In this document: one piece after another, positions 42,558-50,483 of the stretch
Layout of the letters: the number at the start of each line of letters is the position of its first letter
How positions within the stretch are numbered: the stretch's first letter is position 1
DNA from: Actinomycetota bacterium
GTDB taxonomy: Bacteria > Actinomycetota > UBA4738 > HRBIN12
Direction: 5' to 3'
Assembly: GCA_040002535.1 (NCBI GenBank)
Contig: JBDUEF010000002.1
Coordinates: forward strand, 1-50,483
DNA: 50,483 nt
Translations under genes and position numbers: made by a program
The notes under the pieces: generated by a model
What the model saw: only the letters and a program-made list of their open reading frames with translations
Databases searched by the model: none
Told to the model about the DNA's origin: nothing

Positions 42558-43052
42558 GTGGACGACGACGCCGTCTTCTCGTCCGTGGCCCGCGGGGCGA
42601 TGGAGGTCGACCTGCACGACAGCATCCGTGACCTGCTGGACCGGCTCTGCGATCAGCTCGAGCAGCTGCTGCGGCGGGAGAACCCCGCCAGCGATCCGGC
42701 CATGGCCCGGCTGTTCCCGGCCGCCTACCCCGACGATCCGCTGCGCGAGCTGGAGTTCGAGCGCATGACCGGCGACGACCTCACGCGCGGCCGCCTGGCG
42801 GCGTTGCAGACCGTCCGCGCCTCACTCCGGGCCGAGCTCCTCGATCAGAAGCAGAGCCTCGCGTGGCTGGGGACGCTGAACGACCTGCGCCTCGTGCTGG
42901 GCAGCCGTCTCGACGTCACCGAGGAGAGCACGGCGGCCGACTTCCCCGACGCCGACGACGCGGCCACCTTCCAGATCTATCAGCTGCTCGGCGGCCTGCA
43001 GGGGCGCCTCCTCTTCGCGATGGATCCGGCGATCGAGGAGCCCGAGCTCTAG
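42558..43052 (+). CDS. DUF2017-family protein (conserved clpS neighbour in actinobacteria)
   Basis: 164 aa from a GTG 3 nt after the clpS stop. AYPDDP...E.ERMTGDDL and LNDLRLVLG resemble DUF2017. The true start may lie further upstream, overlapping clpS. Confidence 0.7.
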   Translation: MDDDAVFSSVARGAMEVDLHDSIRDLLDRLCDQLEQLLRRENPASDPAMARLFPAAYPDDPLRELEFERMTGDDLTRGRLAALQTVRASLRAELLDQKQSLAWLGTLNDLRLVLGSRLDVTEESTAADFPDADDAATFQIYQLLGGLQGRLLFAMDPAIEEPEL

Positions 43053-43081
43053 GGATGCCACCGGACGTTCCCCGACCGAGC

Positions 43082-44155
43082 TCAGACCCGGGGTTCGCTG
43101 AACGAGTCCGGCACCGGTCCGCCGGCAAGCTCGGCGGCGCGCTCGACCCACGACACCGGCAGCGCATCGGGGATCGGGGCCCCCGCCATCTCGGCGAAGT
43201 ACGTGGTCCACGCGCGCGGGACCACGCGCGCCCACTGGTAGCCGCCGCCGCCGGTGGCCACCCACCGCCCGCCGGCCGCCTCGTGCGCCAGCTCGTGGAG
43301 CGCGGTCGCCGTCTCGCGGTACGCCCGCGTGGTGAGGCGCAGGTGCGCGAGCGGGTCGGTGTGGTGCGTGTCGCAGCCGAGCTGCGTGACCAGCACGTCG
43401 GGTGCGAACGCCCGGACGGCCGCCGGCACAATGGCGTGAAACGCCTCCAGCCAGCCCTCGTCGCCGGTGCCCGGCGGCAGCGGCACGTTGATGACGGAGC
43501 CATCCCCCGGCCCGGCGCCGCGCTCGGCAGCCGAGCCGGTGCCGGGGAAGAAGCCGAGCTCCGGCGCGTACTCGTGGATCGAGATCGTGAGCACCCGCGG
43601 GTCGGCGAGGAACGCGGCCTGCACCCCGTCGCCGTGATGCACGTCCACGTCGACGTAGGCGACGCGGTCGAGGCCGCCGTGCGCCAGCATCCATGCGATC
43701 CCCACCGCGGGGTCGTCGTACACGCAGAAGCCCGAGGCGCGCGACGCCATGGCGTGATGCAATCCGCCCGCGGCGTTGAACGCGTGCGCCGCGCGGCCCT
43801 CCACCACGGACCTGGCCGCCGCGATCGTTGCGCCGCAGACGATTGCGGCCGCCTCGTGCATGTCGGCGAAGATCGGGTTGTCGCCGGGTCCGTAGCCGAA
43901 CCGGCTCCAGTCGCCGCCCTCGCCGTGCCCCGCCCGGCGGGTGGCGTCGATGAACGCGTCCGAGTGCACCAGACCGATCGCGTCGTCGCCGGCCGGGTCG
44001 GCGCCGAGCACCGTCACCCCCGGCGCCGCGTCCAGCCCGCACGCGCGCAGCAGATCCCAGGTCAACAGGACACGCTCCGGGCGCAGCGGATGCTGCGGTC
44101 CGTGGTCGTAGATGCGGGCCTCCGGCGCGATCACCAGCCCGACGGCGCCGCTCAC
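43082..44155 (-). CDS. histone deacetylase-family amidohydrolase (AcuC / acetylpolyamine amidohydrolase-like)
   Basis: 357 aa. GTGA overlap with the upstream stop. Motifs GGLHHAM, YVDVDVHHGDG and the Zn/active-site pattern LGCDTHHTDPL. Confidence 0.88.
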   Translation of the reverse strand: MSGAVGLVIAPEARIYDHGPQHPLRPERVLLTWDLLRACGLDAAPGVTVLGADPAGDDAIGLVHSDAFIDATRRAGHGEGGDWSRFGYGPGDNPIFADMHEAAAIVCGATIAAARSVVEGRAAHAFNAAGGLHHAMASRASGFCVYDDPAVGIAWMLAHGGLDRVAYVDVDVHHGDGVQAAFLADPRVLTISIHEYAPELGFFPGTGSAAERGAGPGDGSVINVPLPPGTGDEGWLEAFHAIVPAAVRAFAPDVLVTQLGCDTHHTDPLAHLRLTTRAYRETATALHELAHEAAGGRWVATGGGGYQWARVVPRAWTTYFAEMAGAPIPDALPVSWVERAAELAGGPVPDSFSEPRV

Positions 44156-45462
44156 ACCACCGACCGGATCGCCGCCGCTGTGCGTTCGACGAGCGTCACG
44201 GCCTCGTCGTCGGCCAGGCAGAACGGCGGACCGAGCATCAGCAGGTCGCCGTCGGTCCCGTTCACGTGCCCGGTGCTGGCGTACAGCAGCAGGCCGGCGT
44301 CGCGAGCGGCGGCAAGTACCCGCTCGGTCACCTTGTCGGCGCGCGGGAACGGCTCCTTCGAGTCCGGGTCCCGCACGAGCTCGATGCCGATCATCAGCCC
44401 GAGACCCCGGACGTCGCCCGCGGCAGGACACCCGTCGAGCGCCGTGCAGAGATCCTTGCGGATCCGCTCCCCCAGCTCGCGGCTGCGGTCGATCAGCCCG
44501 TCCTCGCGCAGGCGCCGCAGCACGGCGCTGCCCACCGCCGCCCCCAGCGCGTTGTGCGACCACGTGAAGCCGTGCGTAAAGCCGCGCGGTGCCACGGTGT
44601 CGAACACCTCACCGCTGGCGGCCGCGAAGCCGAACGGCACGTAGCCGCTGGTGCACCCCTTGCCGGCGGTGAGGATGTCGGGCCGCACGTCCCAGTTGTC
44701 GACGCCGAACCACCGACCGGTCCGCCCGAAGCCGGTCATCACCTCGTCGGCGATCACCAGGACGCCGTGGCGGCGACACACCTCCACCACGGACGGCCAG
44801 TACCCCTCGCACGGCACGGCGGCGGCCAGGGTGGCCCCGGCCACGGGTTCGGCGATGAACGCCGCGACGGTCTCGGGTCCGGCCTGCTGGATCATCCGTT
44901 CGAGCTCACCGGCGTGCCAGCGGTCGCAGGCGTCGGGATGCGAGGGATTCTCGCAGCGGTACTCGTCGGCGGCGGGGGCGTGCAGGAACCGGCCGAGCCA
45001 GGGGGTGTAGGGCCGGCGCAGCGGCTCCTTGCCCGAGGCGTCCAGCGCCCCGAGGGTGTTGCCGTGGTACGAGGTTCGCCGTGAGATCACCGACGTGCGG
45101 GTCCCCTCGCCACGTGCCAGGTGATAGGTCCTCGCCAGCTTGAGCGCCGTCTCCACCGCCTCCGATCCGCCCGAGACCGGGTAGATCCGCCCGTCGCGCA
45201 TCGGAAGCAGCTCGCTCACCTGCGCGGCGTAGGTCTCGAGGGCCTCCGTGGTGAAGGCGGCGCCGTGGACGTACTGGGTCCGGGCGAGCTGCGCCGTGGC
45301 CGCCGCGATCAGCGAGGGATCGCCGTGGCCCACGTTCACCACCACCGCGCCACCGGCGCCGTCCAGGTAGCGCCGCCCGTCAGCGTCGGTGATCCAGACG
45401 CCCTCGGCCGCCACCGCGGTGGGGACCTGACGATCCAGGACCCGCCCGAAGACGCGACTCAC
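44152..45462 (-). CDS. class III (omega) aminotransferase
   Basis: 436 aa. GTGA overlap with the small upstream ORF. Motifs SGGSEAVETALKLAR, IADEVMTGFGRTG, and the PLP lysine in LTAGKG. Confidence 0.92.
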   Translation of the reverse strand: MSRVFGRVLDRQVPTAVAAEGVWITDADGRRYLDGAGGAVVVNVGHGDPSLIAAATAQLARTQYVHGAAFTTEALETYAAQVSELLPMRDGRIYPVSGGSEAVETALKLARTYHLARGEGTRTSVISRRTSYHGNTLGALDASGKEPLRRPYTPWLGRFLHAPAADEYRCENPSHPDACDRWHAGELERMIQQAGPETVAAFIAEPVAGATLAAAVPCEGYWPSVVEVCRRHGVLVIADEVMTGFGRTGRWFGVDNWDVRPDILTAGKGCTSGYVPFGFAAASGEVFDTVAPRGFTHGFTWSHNALGAAVGSAVLRRLREDGLIDRSRELGERIRKDLCTALDGCPAAGDVRGLGLMIGIELVRDPDSKEPFPRADKVTERVLAAARDAGLLLYASTGHVNGTDGDLLMLGPPFCLADDEAVTLVERTAAAIRSVV

Positions 45463-45674
45463 TCGGGGTCGGCCCCGTCCACCGGCGTCGGCTCGTCGTC
45501 CAGCGGCGTGGGCTCCTGGGCGAACTTCGCGTAGACCTCCCGCAGCGTGGTCCCCCGCGCCCTGCGGCTCGAGCGGATCTGCTCGGCCCAGTCCGGCTCC
45601 GGCTCCGGGTCCTCGGAGGCCGGTGTCGCCCACGGGGCGTCGTCGTCGGGTGGTTGCCGGTCGCGTCCTTCCAC
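45459..45674 (-). CDS. small acidic hypothetical protein
   Basis: 71 aa with a GTG start. Very Asp/Glu/Pro-rich, with one basic core (IRSSRRARGTTLREVYAKF). G/C-rich third positions and a stop overlapping the next gene's start support translation. I recognise no family. Confidence 0.45.
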   Translation of the reverse strand: MEGRDRQPPDDDAPWATPASEDPEPEPDWAEQIRSSRRARGTTLREVYAKFAQEPTPLDDEPTPVDGADPE

Positions 45675-45688
45675 GTCGTCGAGCCTAC

Positions 45689-46468
45689 CTACTTCGTGTA
45701 CGCGCCGCCGGGGTCGAGCTCCTCACGGATCGTGCGGAGCTCCTCGGGCGTGGGGGGCGGTGTCTCACCCAAGCTCGCCGCCACCGCCGGCTCCCAGCCC
45801 ATGCCGGCACGCACCTGCTCGAGGGTGACGCCAGGGTGGAGCGTGGCCAGCGTCATCTCGCCGCTGGCCTCGTCGAAGACGTAGGTGCCCAGGTCGGTGA
45901 CGACGTCGGTCGGGCCGCTGCCGTGCCAGCCGCGCGCCGCGTCACGCGAGGGGTCCCCGCTGTGCCCGGGCGAGGTGCAGAAGTCGATCCGATCCACGAA
46001 CGACCGCTGCGCCTGGCGCATGATGACCAGGATCCTCTTCGCGTGGATCGCGATCTCACACGCCCCGCCGGAGCCGGGCAGCCGCACCGTCGGCGATGCG
46101 TAGTCGCCGATCACCGTGGTGTTGAGGTTGCCGAACCGGTCGATCTGCGCGCCGCCCAGGAACGCCACGTCGATCAGCCCCGCCTGGAGGTAGAACGCGA
46201 ACAGCTCGAACATGCTGGTGATGGCGGTGGCGCCGGTGGCGAGCGTCGGATCGCCGATCGACAGCGGCAGTCGCTCCGGCCGCGCGCCGAACACGCCGGA
46301 CTCGTACACGAGCTGCAGCTCCGGCGCCACGGTCCGCTGCGCGAGGTTGCACACGATGTTGGGCAGGCCCACGCCCACGAAGCAGTTGGCCGCCCCGGCC
46401 AGCCGGCGGGCGCTGGCGGCGATCATGATCTCCGACTTCGAGTAGCCGGGGCCCGCCGCGGCGCTCAC
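45689..46468 (-). CDS. CoA-transferase subunit B (family I, glutaconate/3-oxoacid type)
   Basis: 259 aa. GTGA overlap with the subunit A stop. Sequence FVGVGLPN...ESG...GGAQID.FGN.N...LPGSGGA. Confidence 0.88.
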   Translation of the reverse strand: MSAAAGPGYSKSEIMIAASARRLAGAANCFVGVGLPNIVCNLAQRTVAPELQLVYESGVFGARPERLPLSIGDPTLATGATAITSMFELFAFYLQAGLIDVAFLGGAQIDRFGNLNTTVIGDYASPTVRLPGSGGACEIAIHAKRILVIMRQAQRSFVDRIDFCTSPGHSGDPSRDAARGWHGSGPTDVVTDLGTYVFDEASGEMTLATLHPGVTLEQVRAGMGWEPAVAASLGETPPPTPEELRTIREELDPGGAYTK

Positions 46469-47388
46469 GCGTACCTGCCGTAGTCGACCTCGCCCGAGAG
46501 CGCCGGGCCGGGCTTCAGACCGTCCCAGCGCGCGGCGCCCATCTTCTGCACGTACTCGGCGTGGTCGGCCGTGCCGTACACCCACTCCCGGAGCCAGGCC
46601 TCCAGCGTGTCGGGGTCCTTCGCGATACGGTCCCACTCCAGATAGAAGGCGTTGTCGCGGTCGTAGTACCCCTGCGCGAAGCTGGGGTGGCAACCGAAGG
46701 GCGCCTCCACCACGGCGTCCACCACCACGCCCGGGATCACCGTGCGGTTGGGGTCGCGGCGGATGACCGACTCCTCCACGACCTCCTCCACCACCACGAT
46801 CACGCGGTGGGCGGCGAACGCCGCCTCCTTCTGGCAGCCGAGCAGCCCCCAGATCTGCGTGTCGCCGCCGGCGTCGGCGCGCTGCGCGTGCACGATCGTG
46901 ACGTCGGGCTTCAGCGGCGGCACGACGAAGACCTGATCGCCGTCGTCGTAGGGCGAGGTCATGGGGACGATCTTCGGGTTGACCACCGGGATGTCGCTCT
47001 CGTAGTAGCTGCGCAAGGGGAAGAACGGCAGGTTCGAGGCGCCCGCCATGTACCGGCACACCATCCCGAAGTGCGAGTACTCCTCGATCTCCAGCGGTTC
47101 GGGATCGGCCCGCTCGATGCGACGGCGCACCGCGTGGAGGTTGCCGACGCCCGGATTGCCCATCCAACTGAAGATCAGCTTGCCGGCGACGCCCGCGCCG
47201 ATCATCTGGTCGTACACCACATCGGGCGTCATTCGCGCGAGCGTCAGATCGCGTCGTCGCTGCCGGATGATCTCGTGGCCCGCCGCGAAGCAGATCAGGT
47301 GCGTGAACCCCTCGATCGCCACGGTGTCACCGTCGTGGACCAACTCACGGACGGCGTCGTGCATCGTGGTGACCTTCGAGCCCGTCAT
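46465..47388 (-). CDS. CoA-transferase subunit A (family I)
   Basis: 307 aa from MTGSKVTTMHDAVRELV. DGDTVAIEGF and a glutaconate CoA-transferase-like body. ATGA overlap with the upstream stop. Confidence 0.88.
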   Translation of the reverse strand: MTGSKVTTMHDAVRELVHDGDTVAIEGFTHLICFAAGHEIIRQRRRDLTLARMTPDVVYDQMIGAGVAGKLIFSWMGNPGVGNLHAVRRRIERADPEPLEIEEYSHFGMVCRYMAGASNLPFFPLRSYYESDIPVVNPKIVPMTSPYDDGDQVFVVPPLKPDVTIVHAQRADAGGDTQIWGLLGCQKEAAFAAHRVIVVVEEVVEESVIRRDPNRTVIPGVVVDAVVEAPFGCHPSFAQGYYDRDNAFYLEWDRIAKDPDTLEAWLREWVYGTADHAEYVQKMGAARWDGLKPGPALSGEVDYGRYA

Positions 47389-47771
47389 GACGGTCGCGCC
47401 TTCGGCGGATCGTCGCGGGGACCACGGAGCACGCAGAACTCGTTGCCCTCGGGATCGAGCATCACGGTCCAGAAGCTCCCACCCTCGTCCACCCGGCCCT
47501 CGACGGTGGCGCCAGCCTCGAGGAGGCGCTGGACCTCGGCCACCATCGTCTCCGGCGGCGACAGATCGAGGTGGAGCCGGTTCTTCACCGTCTTGCCCTC
47601 CGGCACCGCGAAGAACAGCATCGTCCAGCCGCCGGCACCCTCGACCGGCACGATCGAGGCGCCCTCGTCGTCCTCGTCGTCGAGACGGTAGCCGAGCGCC
47701 GTCGCCCAGAAGCGCGCCAGCGGCCCAGGGTCGTGGCAATCCACATTGAGGGCGTCGACGAGCGAGCTCAC
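47385..47771 (-). CDS. VOC (glyoxalase/bleomycin-resistance-fold) family protein
   Basis: 128 aa from GTG 47771. Sequence LNVDCHDPGPLARFWATALGY...KNRLHLDL...DPEGNEFCV. Confidence 0.8.
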   Translation of the reverse strand: MSSLVDALNVDCHDPGPLARFWATALGYRLDDEDDEGASIVPVEGAGGWTMLFFAVPEGKTVKNRLHLDLSPPETMVAEVQRLLEAGATVEGRVDEGGSFWTVMLDPEGNEFCVLRGPRDDPPKARPS

Positions 47772-47779
47772 GGCGCCTT

Positions 47780-49090
47780 CTACGAGCCGGCCCGTTCGAC
47801 CTCGGCGATGGCCTCCTCGAAGATCTCGAGGGCGGCCTGCGCCTGGTCCTCGCGGAACACCAGCGGCGGCGAGATGCGGATGGCGTCGTCCCCGCAGCCC
47901 AGCGCCAGCAATCCCCGACGGAAGCAGGCCTGTTCGACCGCCGCCGCCCGGTCGTGATCGGTCAGGGACACGCCGATCCACAGGGCGCGGCCGCGGACCT
48001 CGGTGACGATCGGATGGCGCTGCGCGATCCCGTGCATACCCGACAGGAAGATCTCGCCGACGCGCGAGGCGTTGGCCATCAGACCCTCCTCCTCGATCAC
48101 GTCGAAGGTGGCGAGCGCCGCCGCGCACGGCACCGGCGACCCGCCGTAGGTGGAGCCGTGCGCGCCGGCCTCCCACGTCATCAGGTCCTCGCGCGCCACC
48201 ATGGCGCCCAGCGGCAGGCCGCTGGCGATCCCCTTGCCGACCGTGATGATGTCGGGCGTCACGCCCTCCTGCTCGATCGCCCACATGGTGCCGCTTCGGC
48301 CCATCCCCGACTGCACCTCGTCGCAGACCAGCAGGATGCCGTGCCGGTCGCACAGCTCCCGCAGGTACGCGAACCAGCCCTCCGGCGGCAGCACGTAGCC
48401 GCCCTCGCCGAGCCAGGACTCCACAACGATGGCCGCCACCTCGTCGGGCGACACCATCCGCCGGAACAGGACCTCCTCGATGTGCTCGAAGTCCCCGTAG
48501 AAGGAGTGGTACACGCTGGGCAGCATGGGCCCGAAGTGCCGGCGGTACCGCGCCTTACTGGCGGTGAGCGACACGCTGCCCATGGAGCGTCCGTGGAACG
48601 ATCCGTAGAACGCGATCAGGTACTGGCGCCCGGTGGCGTACCGCGCGAGCTTGATGGCGGCCTCGACGGCCTCGGTGCCGGAGTTCGACAGGAAGGTGCG
48701 GGCCGGGGCGCCGCCGAACGGCGCCACAGCGCCCAGGCGCTCAGCCACGTCGGCGTAGATCGGCAGGTAGAAGTCGCTGGCGGAGTAGTGCAGCAGCTCG
48801 GCCGCCTGCCGCTGCACTGCCTCCACCACGCGCGGGTGACAGTGCCCCGTGGAGGTGACGGCGATCCCCGCGTTGATGTCGAGGAACAGGTTGCCGTCCA
48901 CGTCCTCCACGATCGAGCCGGCGCCGCGGCGGGGCACGAACGGGTACGCGCGCGGCAGCGACGGCGACGTGACCCTGCCGTCGCGTTCGATCCGCGCCAG
49001 CGCCTCGGGGCCCGGAACGTCCGTGATCAGCTTCGGCCGGCTGTGGGCGGCCAGCGATTCGTAGGTGAGGGCCGTGTCCGCCTGGCTCAC
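47780..49090 (-). CDS. class III aminotransferase (4-aminobutyrate aminotransferase-like)
   Basis: 436 aa. GTGA overlap with the ALDH stop. Motifs SNSGTEAVEAAIKLAR, DEVQSGMGRSG, and the PLP lysine in ITVGKG. Confidence 0.92.
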   Translation of the reverse strand: MSQADTALTYESLAAHSRPKLITDVPGPEALARIERDGRVTSPSLPRAYPFVPRRGAGSIVEDVDGNLFLDINAGIAVTSTGHCHPRVVEAVQRQAAELLHYSASDFYLPIYADVAERLGAVAPFGGAPARTFLSNSGTEAVEAAIKLARYATGRQYLIAFYGSFHGRSMGSVSLTASKARYRRHFGPMLPSVYHSFYGDFEHIEEVLFRRMVSPDEVAAIVVESWLGEGGYVLPPEGWFAYLRELCDRHGILLVCDEVQSGMGRSGTMWAIEQEGVTPDIITVGKGIASGLPLGAMVAREDLMTWEAGAHGSTYGGSPVPCAAALATFDVIEEEGLMANASRVGEIFLSGMHGIAQRHPIVTEVRGRALWIGVSLTDHDRAAAVEQACFRRGLLALGCGDDAIRISPPLVFREDQAQAALEIFEEAIAEVERAGS

Positions 49091-50483
49091 TCCTCGATCA
49101 CCGTCCGGGACTGCTCGCGCATGTACTGCGTCACGTAGTACGGGCCGCCGCCGGCCTTGCCGGTGGTGCCGGAACCCTTCCAGCCGCCGAAGGGCTGCAC
49201 GCCGGGCCACGCGCCAGTGGTGGCGCCGGCGCGCCGGTTCACGTACACCACGCCGGCCTGGATCCGGTCGAGCCACTCGTCGATCTCGCTCTGGTCCTCG
49301 GTGAACAGGCCGGCCGTCAATCCGTACTCGGTGTCGTTGGCCTTCTCGATCGCCTCGTTCAGGTCGTCGAAAGCGCCCACGGCCACGAAGGGCACGAACA
49401 GCTCCTTGCGCCACAGCCAGCTGTCCTCGGGCGCCTCCACCACGGTCGGCTCCACGAACAGGCCGCGCGCGAAGTCGCCCTCGGTGATGCGCTGGCCGCC
49501 GGTGACGATCGTGCCGTTCTTGCGCGCCTCCTCGGCGGCCTCCTCGAAGGTTTCCATGGCGGGCTCGTTGATGATCGGTCCCATGTACACGTCGCGCTCG
49601 ATCGGGTTGCCGACCTTGATCTTCTCGGTCTTGGCCTTCAGCGCGCCCACGAAGTCGTCGTACACCTCGCGCTGCACGTACACGCGGCTGCACGCCGAGC
49701 ACTTCTGGCCCCCGAACCCGAAGGCGCTGCGCAACACGCCGTCGCTGGCCTTGTCCAGGTCGGCGTTCTTCGTCACGATCGTGGGGTTCTTGCCGCCCAT
49801 CTCGCAGATGACGGGCTTCGGCACGTCGGTTGTGAAGTGCTTGTAGATGTCCATGCCCACCGGGTACGAGCCGGTGAACGTCACGCCGTTCACGTCGGGG
49901 TGGTGCCACAGGTGGTCGCCGGCGACGGCGCCGCGCCCGATCACCAGGTGGAAGGCGCCTGGTGGCACGCCGCCGTCTCGGTAGCACTCGTAGAGCTTGT
50001 AGCCCAGCAGCGCGCCCTGGTTCGAGGGCTTCAGCACCACGGTGTTACCGGCTACCAGCGCGCCGCTGGACGGGCCCCCCGACAACGCCATCGGGAAGTT
50101 GAACGGGCTGATGACCGCCCACACACCGTGGGGGCGCAGCACGTCGTAGTACTCGCCCGCGGCGCCCAGACCGCTCATGGGCACGCGGAACCCGTCGTGC
50201 CTGTCGACCTCGTCGCAGTTCCAGCGGATCAGCTCGGCGGTCTCCTGCACGTCGCCCAGCGCTTCCAGGCGGCTCTTGCCCACCTCGTAGGCCATCAGCG
50301 CTGCCAGGTCGAAGACCCGCTCCTCCATGATGTCGGCGACCTTCCGAAGGATCCGCACGCGCTCCTGCCAGCCCGTGCGGTCCCACTCGAGCTGGTAGGC
50401 CTTCGCCGCCGCGACGGCGTCGTCGACGTCGGCGGTGGTGGCCTGCGAGAACCGGCCGATCAGGAGGTCCTTGTCGATCGGCG
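49087..50483 (-). CDS. aldehyde dehydrogenase (glutamate-semialdehyde / P5C dehydrogenase-like), 5' end outside the window
   Basis: The reading frame stays open to the window edge (PIDKDLLIGRFSQATTADVDDAV...). Motifs VLKPS, EMGGKNP and the catalytic Cys in FGFGGQKCSACSR. The track's Met at 50358 is an internal GTG. Confidence 0.92.
   Translation of the reverse strand, partial: PIDKDLLIGRFSQATTADVDDAVAAAKAYQLEWDRTGWQERVRILRKVADIMEERVFDLAALMAYEVGKSRLEALGDVQETAELIRWNCDEVDRHDGFRVPMSGLGAAGEYYDVLRPHGVWAVISPFNFPMALSGGPSSGALVAGNTVVLKPSNQGALLGYKLYECYRDGGVPPGAFHLVIGRGAVAGDHLWHHPDVNGVTFTGSYPVGMDIYKHFTTDVPKPVICEMGGKNPTIVTKNADLDKASDGVLRSAFGFGGQKCSACSRVYVQREVYDDFVGALKAKTEKIKVGNPIERDVYMGPIINEPAMETFEEAAEEARKNGTIVTGGQRITEGDFARGLFVEPTVVEAPEDSWLWRKELFVPFVAVGAFDDLNEAIEKANDTEYGLTAGLFTEDQSEIDEWLDRIQAGVVYVNRRAGATTGAWPGVQPFGGWKGSGTTGKAGGGPYYVTQYMREQSRTVIEE

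Noticed and set aside
1-50483. Searched for CRISPR arrays, IS or transposase genes, integrases, prophage or defence-type genes, tRNA/rRNA, and composition breaks suggesting an island
   Set aside because: None was found. There are no repeat-spacer periodicity, no DDE or tyrosine-recombinase motifs and no cloverleaf-like tRNA sequences. The GC-rich codon pattern looks uniform across the window. The excisionase-family HTH at 38590-38787 is the conserved chromosomal neighbour of bS22, not a mobile-element marker.

Overview
Very GC-rich, densely coding bacterial chromosome segment with almost no intergenic space and many 1-4 nt start/stop overlaps (ATGA/GTGA). There is no CRISPR array, transposase, tRNA or rRNA that I can support. 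The lineage looks actinobacterial: a bS22-type 33-aa ribosomal peptide, Rex, and local gene order resembling what I recall for the mycobacterial Rv0497-Rv0500B region.

Positions 1-28400 form one large respiratory block. It contains nuoA-I (complex I, preceded by a geranylgeranyl/menaquinone-reductase-like gene), a polyprenyl diphosphate synthase and a fused haem A synthase/haem O synthase. It also holds a caa3-type oxidase operon (ctaC-D-E-F-G, then a membrane-anchored cupredoxin and a TlpA-like thioredoxin), system II cytochrome c maturation genes (ccdA-resB-resC), an unusual b6-type Rieske/cytochrome b cluster, and the redox sensor rex. Four sites matching the Rex operator palindrome TTGTGAA-N4-TTCACAA sit in the promoter regions of this block.

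The most unusual element is the 8-gene b6-type cluster (22545-27379). It encodes a membrane protein, a 2x[4Fe-4S] ferredoxin, cytochrome b6, a subunit IV-like protein, a Rieske protein, a monohaem cytochrome c, a 3-TM protein and a 36-aa TM peptide.

Downstream come:
- an ECF sigma/anti-sigma pair, convergent with a DUF4331 - TPR - RcnA/NicO-like operon (putative metal handling);
- an operon running HTH - Clp1-like polynucleotide kinase - bS22 - alpha/beta hydrolase - SAM hydrolase;
- housekeeping genes (SDR, PrmC-like methyltransferase, nucleoside phosphorylase, clpS-DUF2017);
- a long, translationally coupled catabolic operon: aldehyde dehydrogenase, two class-III aminotransferases, a VOC protein, CoA-transferase A/B and an AcuC-type deacetylase.

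All functional calls come from motifs I recognise by eye. No database search was possible. Many long ORFs in the supplied track are antisense or out-of-frame shadows typical of high-GC DNA and were discarded.
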